Assembly (NCBI GenBank): GCA_021294815.2
Contig: CP095464.1
Coordinates: 420,001-452,000 of the forward strand
From: Verrucomicrobiota bacterium
GTDB lineage: Bacteria; Verrucomicrobiota; Verrucomicrobiia; Opitutales; LL51
Reading direction: 5' to 3'
DNA: 32,000 nucleotides
Part shown: positions 24,064 through 32,000 of the stretch, in pieces
Layout: each line of letters begins with the position of its first letter
Position numbering within the stretch: the stretch's first letter is position 1
Translations under genes and position numbers: made by a program
Notes under the pieces: model-generated
Told to the model about the DNA's origin: nothing
Database searches by the model: none
The model's input: only the letters and a program-made list of their open reading frames with translations

Positions 24064-24864
24064 TTAATGAATATCTTTTTCCGCTCGGACACGTTCTTGG
24101 AACACCGTGGGCGTCAGCTTGAGATTCTCCTCTGTTTTGTACTCATCGGGGATACCATGCCACACTTCATCGCGTATTATCATCTCCTTCTTATCGCTGT
24201 CGTAATCTACGAGATCGTTATGGGGATAGTAAGGGAAATTCTTCCCCTGCCAATCTGACGTCATATCAGGCCAAAATACCAACTTATGCGCTGGCGTGAG
24301 GCTCCTATAATGCTGCCCTTTCCGATCATCGTCAAAGGCAACCCAAAACGGCTTAATGTCGTTCAAATGCAACGCCCCACTTTTTTCCCTCTCATAGAAC
24401 TTCCCATACCCACACGAGCGAAATTCCTGCATAATCTTATCGAAAATAGAAGACAGCTGATCTTGCGTCAGTATTGGGCATATCATCTCAACCCCACTTA
24501 CAGGAAAATCCCAGAGAATCTTGATGTCTCCCGTCTCACTAAGCTCTCGCGCCTTCCTTTTCGCAACCTTCTGCTGCCCCTCCTCTGAAAGATCATTAAA
24601 CGTGGCATTCCTCCCATACCAACTGAGTTTACGCCAATGCCCCTGCGCATGCCCCTTCGAGGTTACGTAATCATAAACTTCTGCAGGCGCTTCGATTGTT
24701 CCATCTTTTTGCCGGATATAAGTAACTTTCCCGAACGGCTCCTCGACAGTAACTTTTTCTCCCCTTTCTGCATTATGCTCGTCCTGATCGGAATAGTACT
24801 CATAATAGGCCTCCTCTTCGGAGCACGAACTATCTGCACTAGCACAAAGGAGATTTCCGCTCAA
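24064..24864 (-). CDS. Hypothetical protein distantly related to the W/F-repeat proteins; 5' end unresolved
   Basis: It contains HYRSLTPAHKLVFWPDMTSDWQGKNFPYYP and HWRKLSWYGRNATFNDLSEEG, which are repeat-like. The tracked start is TTG 24864, but a signal-peptide-like stretch is encoded in frame just upstream with no canonical start. Confidence 0.7.
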   Translation of the reverse strand: MSGNLLCASADSSCSEEEAYYEYYSDQDEHNAERGEKVTVEEPFGKVTYIRQKDGTIEAPAEVYDYVTSKGHAQGHWRKLSWYGRNATFNDLSEEGQQKVAKRKARELSETGDIKILWDFPVSGVEMICPILTQDQLSSIFDKIMQEFRSCGYGKFYEREKSGALHLNDIKPFWVAFDDDRKGQHYRSLTPAHKLVFWPDMTSDWQGKNFPYYPHNDLVDYDSDKKEMIIRDEVWHGIPDEYKTEENLKLTPTVFQERVRAEKDIH

Positions 24865-25171
24865 AGAACCTACTGATAGCAGCAGAATTTTTAAAGCTGT
24901 TTCTTTTTTCTTATGGATTGATTATCTTACTCATAAGTAGCCGCTGAGCGTCTATTTTCTTTTCAGGAACCGCAAGCTTTTTGTGCCAAAACTCCATCTG
25001 TTTTTATAAAATATCTCTTAGAATCTGAGGCTTACGTGCTTAAATTTCCCTCTAATCACATAATTTGCCGCTTCTTTTCTGCCAAATTGCCCAACTTCTT
25101 TGAGTGATCCGGGAACACGTTAGTTATTCCGCACCTTCACACTGAAAATTTTTCCTTAACGTTTACATCTG

Positions 25172-25187
25172 TGGCACGAAAATTGCT
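25172..25187 (+). promoter_or_regulatory. Sigma-54 (-24/-12) promoter consensus upstream of dnaK
   Basis: TGGCACGAAAATTGCT matches TGGCAC-N5-TTGCW exactly. GG is at 25173-74 and GC at 25185-86. It is in the same orientation as dnaK, about 97 nt upstream of its ATG. Confidence 0.55.
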
Positions 25188-25214
25188 AACTAGATCTGCA
25201 GCGTGTTTCAGTGA

Positions 25215-25230
25215 ACTCTTATAAAAGAGT
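25215..25230 (+). promoter_or_regulatory. Perfect palindrome in the dnaK leader (operator or 5'-UTR hairpin candidate)
   Basis: ACTCTT-ATAA-AAGAGT. The flanks (AGTGAACTC-N8-GAGTGGAGC) resemble CIRCE (TTAGCACTC-N9-GAGTGCTAA) only loosely. Confidence 0.3.
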
Positions 25231-25282
25231 GGAGCTGGAATAGTAACTGTTCTTTAATCATTTAATTAAAAGGAATTATATT

Positions 25283-27214
25283 ATGTCAAAAGTTCTCGGT
25301 ATCGATCTCGGTACTACAAATTCTTGCATGGCGGTCATGGAAGGTGGCCAGGCTGTCGTTATCCCGAATTCGGAGGGTGCTCGTACAACCCCTTCGATCG
25401 TCGCGTTCACCAAAAATGGAGACCGCCTCGTCGGTCAGGCCGCTAAGCGTCAGGCCGTTACAAACCCTCAAAATACGATTTTCTCCGCAAAACGTCTCAT
25501 CGGTCATAAGTATGAGGAAGTTCAGGAACTCGTTCATGACCTCCCTTATAAGGTCGTTCCCGGTAAGAATGGAGACGCCGCAATCCAATGTCAGGTCGGC
25601 GGAAAAACTGAAATCTTTTCCCCAGAACAAATTTCCTCTATGGTCTTGGCTAAACTCAAGGCCGATGCAGAAGCTTACCTCGGAGAGAAAATTACTCAGG
25701 CCGTCATTACCGTCCCGGCGTACTTTAATGATGCACAACGACAGGCTACTAAAGATGCCGGTACCATCGCTGGCCTCGAGGTGTTGAGAATTATTAATGA
25801 GCCAACGGCTGCTTCGTTGGCGTATGGTCTGGAGAAAAGCGGCGAGAAGAAGATCGCGGTCTATGACCTCGGTGGTGGTACGTTCGATATCTCGGTACTT
25901 GAAATCGGAGATGGGGTGTTTGAAGTAAAGGCAACCAACGGTGATACCCTGCTCGGTGGTGATGACTGGGATCGTGCAATTATCGATTGGCTCGCGGATA
26001 ATTTCAAGGCGGACAATGGGATCGATCTGCGGACGGATCCGGTAGCCCATCAGCGTTTGAAGGAAGAGGCGGAAAAGGCTAAAATTGCCCTATCATCGGC
26101 ACAACAGACGGATATTAATCTGCCCTTTATTACCGCCGATGCATCAGGACCGAAGCATCTCAATGTAACACTTACGCGGGCGCAATTGGAGAAAATCTGT
26201 GACTCCCTTTATCAACGGACGGTTCAGCCGTGTAAGAATTGTCTCCATGACGCCGGATTAAGCGCAAATGATATCGATGAGCTCGTGCTTGTTGGCGGTA
26301 TGACGCGTTCGCCGAAGGTCGTCGAAACTGCACGTGACATTGCCGGTCGGGATCCTCACCAGGGCGTTAACCCGGACGAAGTCGTTGCCGTTGGTGCGGC
26401 AATCCAAGGGGGTGTTTTAAAGGGAGAAGTTACCGATGTTCTGTTACTCGATGTGACTCCGTTAACACTTGGGATTGAAACCGCCGGTGGTGCGTCTACA
26501 CCGATGATCGAACGGAATACGACTATCCCGACGCAGAAGAGTCAGATCTTTTCGACTTATGCCGATAATCAGACGGCAGTCGATATCCATGTGCTTCAGG
26601 GAGAGCGTCCGTTGGCGTCTCAAAATAAGACATTGGGTATCTTTCGTTTGGATGGTATTCCGATCGCTCCCCGTGGAGTCCCGCAAATCGAAGTCACCTT
26701 CGATATCAATGCGAACGGTATTCTGAGTGTGACCGCTAAGGATCTCGGTAGTGGTAAGAATCAAAAGATTACGATTACCGGCGCGTCGGGGTTATCCGAA
26801 ACGGAAGTCGAAAAGTTGCGTAAAGAGGCGGAACAGTTCGCGGAATCGGATAAGCGTGAAAAGGAGCGGATCGAGGTCCGTAACCAACTCGACAGCTTGG
26901 TATATCAGACCGAAAAGCAGCTCAAGGACACCGGTGATAAGCTCCAGGATTCTGATAAGCAAAAGATGGAGAATGCGATCGCGGAGGCCAAAAAGGTCTT
27001 TGAAGATAGTAGCGCGTCGACCGATGCGATGAAGGCTGCCGTCGATCAATTAACAAAAGTATTTCAGGAAGTCGCCCAGGAACTGTATAAGAATGTACAG
27101 CCCAATCCTCAACCTCAGCCAGAGGCTGCGCAGTCGTCTACCGCGGGCGGTCAGCAATCTTCTGATGGTGTCGTCGATGCCGATTTCGAGGTCGTCGATG
27201 AAGGTAAGAAGTAA
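25283..27214 (+). CDS. dnaK: Molecular chaperone DnaK (Hsp70)
   Basis: [25 protein letters not shown] and the full Hsp70 architecture. 643 aa. Confidence 0.98.
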   Translation: MSKVLGIDLGTTNSCMAVMEGGQAVVIPNSEGARTTPSIVAFTKNGDRLVGQAAKRQAVTNPQNTIFSAKRLIGHKYEEVQELVHDLPYKVVPGKNGDAAIQCQVGGKTEIFSPEQISSMVLAKLKADAEAYLGEKITQAVITVPAYFNDAQRQATKDAGTIAGLEVLRIINEPTAASLAYGLEKSGEKKIAVYDLGGGTFDISVLEIGDGVFEVKATNGDTLLGGDDWDRAIIDWLADNFKADNGIDLRTDPVAHQRLKEEAEKAKIALSSAQQTDINLPFITADASGPKHLNVTLTRAQLEKICDSLYQRTVQPCKNCLHDAGLSANDIDELVLVGGMTRSPKVVETARDIAGRDPHQGVNPDEVVAVGAAIQGGVLKGEVTDVLLLDVTPLTLGIETAGGASTPMIERNTTIPTQKSQIFSTYADNQTAVDIHVLQGERPLASQNKTLGIFRLDGIPIAPRGVPQIEVTFDINANGILSVTAKDLGSGKNQKITITGASGLSETEVEKLRKEAEQFAESDKREKERIEVRNQLDSLVYQTEKQLKDTGDKLQDSDKQKMENAIAEAKKVFEDSSASTDAMKAAVDQLTKVFQEVAQELYKNVQPNPQPQPEAAQSSTAGGQQSSDGVVDADFEVVDEGKK

Positions 27215-27233
27215 TCATGGAAAGGAGGTATGT

Positions 27234-27290
27234 ATGTTTGGTCCCGGAAATAAACCCTGCAAGGGCGGCGGTTGCGGCTGCGGCAAGTAA
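27234..27290 (+). CDS. Candidate 18-aa Cys/Gly-rich mini-protein
   Basis: AGGAGG (27223-27228) lies 5 nt before the ATG. The translation is MFGPGNKPCKGGGCGCGK*. It starts 20 nt after the dnaK stop. There is no homology evidence; support is the SD and the composition only. Confidence 0.3.
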   Translation: MFGPGNKPCKGGGCGCGK

Positions 27291-27339
27291 CCAATAGGGA
27301 GGATGAGATGAATATTTCATCCTCAGAGGTAACATTTAC

Positions 27340-27358
27340 CAGGGGATTTGTTCCCCTG
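27340..27358 (+). terminator. Hairpin in the dnaK-groES spacer (weak terminator or attenuator candidate)
   Basis: CAGGGGA-tttgt-TCCCCTG forms a 7-bp stem, followed only by TT. A second hairpin, GAGGATGA-N10-TCATCCTC, lies at 27299-27324. Confidence 0.3.
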
Positions 27359-27465
27359 TTCAGGTCCGTGGTATGGCAAAGGTCTGATAGGAGAGATTTT
27401 TGTTGCATTGGGCCGAGTTTTTCAACCCTATCCTAATTCTTTTCCCATCTAAAAATTGAATTGTT

Positions 27466-27759
27466 ATGAGTATTAATATCCAACCCTTAGGGGATCGTGT
27501 CCTCGTGAAGTTACTCGAGGAGAAGGAACAAGTGAAGGGCGGTATCATTATCCCCGATGCCGCGAAAGAGAAGTCGCAAGAGGCAACCGTCGTTGCGGTC
27601 GGCCCCGGTAAGCGTGATGAGCATGGTCAACGTTTGGCGATGGATGTCGCCGTCGGTGACCACGTGCTGATTAGTAAATACGGTGGCACCGAGGTCAAAC
27701 ATAGCGATGAGAAGTACACTCTCTTGCGACAAGATGACGTGTTAGCGATTTTTAAATAA
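27466..27759 (+). CDS. groES: Co-chaperonin GroES
   Basis: 97 aa. The sequence [11 protein letters not shown]...GGIIIPD...VVAVGPG is a typical Cpn10. Confidence 0.97.
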   Translation: MSINIQPLGDRVLVKLLEEKEQVKGGIIIPDAAKEKSQEATVVAVGPGKRDEHGQRLAMDVAVGDHVLISKYGGTEVKHSDEKYTLLRQDDVLAIFK

Positions 27760-27780
27760 ACCCTTTAACATCATTGATGA

Positions 27781-29412
<1,632 letters not shown>

Positions 29413-29430
29413 GCGATTTTCTGTTCCAAC

Positions 29431-29456
29431 AAAAACCCTCTCCGGAGGGTTTTTTT
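29431..29456 (+). terminator. Rho-independent terminator after groEL
   Basis: AAAAACCCTC-tccg-GAGGGTTTTTTT. A GC stem with a 7-T tail lies 19 nt after the stop codon. Confidence 0.85.
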
Positions 29457-29500
29457 ATTTGGAGAAAGATAAAAAAACTTGCCAAAAGCACGCTTCATGG

Positions 29501-30868
29501 ATGTCGTTAGCACTTGTGCCGACGCAGAAGATCACTCCCGCTCATACCCCTCCTTTCAGTACGGATTGTGAGCAGGCACTTCTCGCGAGTTGCATTATTG
29601 ATGGTGGCCAAGATAGTATCACCATCTGCATCCAGGAAAAAATTACGACGGATTCGTTCTACTTTCCGGCTCATCGGATTATCTACCAGGCGCTCCTGGA
29701 TCTCTATGCTGAGAATACCGCTGCAAATGAGCTCATTGTCGCCGAAAAACTCGCTGCAAAAGGTCTTTTAGAGAAAGTCGGTAGCTATGAAGCCATTAAT
29801 AATATCGCAAGCCGTATCGATACGCCGACGCACCTCAAGTATTACGTCCAACGCGTCCGGGATCTCGAGCTCGTTCGGCGGATTGTTGATGTCGCTAATA
29901 AAAGTGTTGAAAGCGCGTATGCCGGCGTTGACGATGTGGGACAGTTTTTAGACGACGTCGAAAAATCAATCTTTGCGGTCTCAGAAAGCCGTGTTTCCGA
30001 TTCGGCCAAACACGTTCAAGAGTCGATCGATCGCGCAGCAAATCTCGTCCAAAAAATGCTCCAACATAAGGGCGAGCTCACCGGAGTTGCTTCCGGCTTT
30101 ATTGACTTAGATAAGCTGACGTTTGGTTTCCATCCGAGCGAGATGATTGTTTTAGCGGCTCGGCCTTCGATGGGAAAGACCAGTTTGGCATTAAATATCG
30201 CTGAAAATGCTGCGTTAGCGAATACGCCCGTTCCAACCTTGTTCTTTAGTCTGGAGATGTCTGCGGAACAACTCGCAATGCGGTTAATTTGTAGTCGTGC
30301 CGGTATTGATACCGAAAAGCTCCGGAATGGGTTTGTGCCAAAATCTGAGTTAACGGCGCTTAGTGCCGCCGCGAGTGCGTTTAAAAAAGCCCCGCTCTGG
30401 ATCGATGAATCCAGTAACCTTTCGGTCACCGAAATGCGCGCAAAAGCCCGGAGGATGTATAATAAACACAAACTCGGCCTGATTGTCATCGATTATCTCC
30501 AATTGCTCTCAAGCCCCGATCCACGAACCCCGCGTGAACAACAAATTGCTGAAATCTCCCGGGGCGTTAAAGCGATGGCCAAAGAGTTATCCCTCCCGGT
30601 GATTGTTCTGAGTCAGTTGAACCGTGCTTCTGAAAAAGAAAATCGGGCCCCAAGATTATCCGATCTAAGAGAATCCGGATCAATCGAACAGGATGCGGAT
30701 GTGGTGTTAATGCTCTCAAAACATCGCGAAGGTGAAGAGAATAGCGAAGTTTCACTTGATCTTCTCGCGCGAGACCTCATTATCGCCAAGCAGCGGAATG
30801 GCCCAACAGGCGTTGTGCCACTTGCATTTAGGAAAACTTTAACTCGATTTGAAAACTATGCCCAGTAA
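29501..30868 (+). CDS. dnaB: Replicative DNA helicase DnaB
   Basis: Walker A GARPSMGKTS, IVIDYLQL and SQLNR motifs. The tracked TTG start (29459) lies inside the groEL terminator tail. ATG 29501 gives MSLALVPTQK...PPFSTDCEQALLASCI, a normal DnaB N-terminus. Confidence 0.93.
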   Translation: MSLALVPTQKITPAHTPPFSTDCEQALLASCIIDGGQDSITICIQEKITTDSFYFPAHRIIYQALLDLYAENTAANELIVAEKLAAKGLLEKVGSYEAINNIASRIDTPTHLKYYVQRVRDLELVRRIVDVANKSVESAYAGVDDVGQFLDDVEKSIFAVSESRVSDSAKHVQESIDRAANLVQKMLQHKGELTGVASGFIDLDKLTFGFHPSEMIVLAARPSMGKTSLALNIAENAALANTPVPTLFFSLEMSAEQLAMRLICSRAGIDTEKLRNGFVPKSELTALSAAASAFKKAPLWIDESSNLSVTEMRAKARRMYNKHKLGLIVIDYLQLLSSPDPRTPREQQIAEISRGVKAMAKELSLPVIVLSQLNRASEKENRAPRLSDLRESGSIEQDADVVLMLSKHREGEENSEVSLDLLARDLIIAKQRNGPTGVVPLAFRKTLTRFENYAQ

Positions 30869-32000
30869 ATTTGTATGCCGCGCTTCGTTGCTCGGTTTGC
30901 TTTGTTGTCCCCCATCGCTCACAACTGTTTTTGGTGAGGATCTAGAGGAATCAACGGCACCTATTGCCGAAAATACAACAGAAAATTCCGAAGCAATCGC
31001 TCTCGATACAACTTCATCGCAGGAGGTCTCTACCTCCGAAGAATCGGAATCGTCAAAGATCGTTTCAGAGGGAAATACCTCGATTGTAGAGGATGGAAGC
31101 TCAGTGGAAACTTCCGAGGCGCTTTACCATAATAGCGTAGCTCAGGATGAAGCCGAAACTCCCGTCAACAGTCTCGGGACTTACGGGAAGCGCGAACAGT
31201 CGAAAAACTTCCCTGTCGCAAAAATCGAGATCCGCTCCGACGGAGAATTGGTTAGGGACGAAGCCTTTATTCGTTCCCATATCCGCTTTACCGAGGGAGA
31301 AGCTTTCGATCCCTTCGCTGCAAACGACGCGATCCACTCGCTTTATGCTGTAGGGATGTTCGACGATATCGAAATTACGGCGACGAAAAATAAGGATTTG
31401 TCGCTCAACGTCTTTGTCAACGTCAAGACGCGCCCGAGAATCGCCAACGTCAAATTTCCTTTTGAGAAAATCGGTAAGAAGAAAGTGCGCAAGGAGCTCA
31501 AAACGGTCGCAGGTCATTATCTGAACCGCGCGAACCTTAATGAAGACGTCCTCATGATCTACCGGTATTACCAGATGAACGGCTTCCCAAAACCGCAGGT
31601 CGATGCCCGCATCGAGCCGCTTGAGGATGGTCGCGTCGACGTTTGCTTTGATATCACACCAACAGATGCAATCCGCATTGCCCGCGTCCAATTCCATAAC
31701 TTTGGCGATATCGATACCGACCTCGTCCAAAAGAGTATGGCTCTGAAGCGTTGGGACCGGAACTTCTTTTCCTTCTTTACGAAAAAAGGTAACTTTGCGG
31801 ACCTCTACCTCGATCACGATAAGGAGGTCCTTGTCAATGCAATACGGGACGCTGGGTACCTCGATGGTAAACTCACGCGCGCGGAATTTGTAACCGAAGG
31901 CGAGCAACGTGGATCCCTCATCTTTGATGCCGACCTCGGAGAACGCTACTACGTCGGCGACATTAAACTAACCGGCGCAACGCTCTATGATCCAGAGGTT
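30858..32000 (+). CDS. bamA: Outer membrane protein assembly factor BamA (partial, runs off the window end)
   Basis: The frame is open from ATG 30858 to the window edge and overlaps dnaB by 11 nt. A signal-like N-terminus (CRASLLGLLCCPPSLTTVFG) and an acidic S/E/T-rich linker are followed by POTRA-like repeats (VAKIEIRSDGELVRDEAFIRSHIRFTEGEAFD..., IARVQFHNFGDIDTDLVQKSMALK...). It is missing from the track because there is no stop in the window. Confidence 0.85.
   Translation, partial: MPSKFVCRASLLGLLCCPPSLTTVFGEDLEESTAPIAENTTENSEAIALDTTSSQEVSTSEESESSKIVSEGNTSIVEDGSSVETSEALYHNSVAQDEAETPVNSLGTYGKREQSKNFPVAKIEIRSDGELVRDEAFIRSHIRFTEGEAFDPFAANDAIHSLYAVGMFDDIEITATKNKDLSLNVFVNVKTRPRIANVKFPFEKIGKKKVRKELKTVAGHYLNRANLNEDVLMIYRYYQMNGFPKPQVDARIEPLEDGRVDVCFDITPTDAIRIARVQFHNFGDIDTDLVQKSMALKRWDRNFFSFFTKKGNFADLYLDHDKEVLVNAIRDAGYLDGKLTRAEFVTEGEQRGSLIFDADLGERYYVGDIKLTGATLYDPEV

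Noticed and set aside
25286-26050. Long antisense ORFs inside housekeeping genes: 25286..26050 and 26462..26764 in dnaK, 28555..29103 and 28446..28805 in groEL, 30016..30489 in dnaB, 31101..31907 in bamA, and 19710..20060 in sufB.
   Set aside because: They fully overlap confidently identified genes on the opposite strand and their translations show no recognisable motifs. Shadow ORFs like these are expected in such sequence.
27308-27436. 42-codon ORF (MNISSSEVTFTRGFVPLFRSVVWQRSDRRDFCCIGPSFSTLS*) preceded by GGGAGG in the dnaK-groES spacer.
   Set aside because: The translation looks non-protein-like. The SD-like sequence is part of a hairpin stem, and the ORF runs through both hairpins and the probable groES promoter region. 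It is more likely non-coding.
27440-27452. TCCCATCT upstream of groES, which resembles the sigma-32 -10 element CCCCATNT.
   Set aside because: There is no CTTGAA-like -35 at the appropriate distance. A single degenerate octamer is not enough evidence.

Overview
This is a Gram-negative-type chromosomal segment: BamA and GspF are present and most genes lack a Shine-Dalgarno motif. My guess is a PVC-like lineage, but the window cannot show that. Ordinary housekeeping genes flank two minus-strand accessory blocks. The housekeeping genes are ruvC on the left, sufC-sufB in the middle, and dnaK, groES-groEL, dnaB and the 5' part of bamA on the right.

Block 1 (881-18456) is the main result. A lone gspF/pilC-type platform gene is followed on the same strand by 11 paralogous genes for long coiled-coil proteins. 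They share an N-terminal motif and have no signal peptide, TM segment or recognisable catalytic motif. Nine look intact and two are decayed.
- Seven transcription units in the array carry the same promoter geometry, TTTACA-N16-TAYRCT-N6-start codon, which predicts leaderless mRNAs.
- Four of these promoters are fused to T tracts of 7, 12, 14 and 15 nt next to a conserved upstream box.
- Three truncated copies of the gspF 3' end (its last TM helix) sit between family genes. They differ from gspF almost only at synonymous sites.
- Decay occurs at homopolymer runs and at in-frame TAG codons after which paralog homology continues.

Block 2 (20670-24864) encodes three or four exported proteins built from a 12/24-residue helical repeat. 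One of them is split by a frameshift.

Other points are an exact sigma-54 -24/-12 consensus upstream of dnaK and an 18-codon Cys/Gly mini-ORF with the strongest SD in the window. I saw no tRNA, rRNA, CRISPR, transposase or integrase. All functional readings of the novel family are inference.
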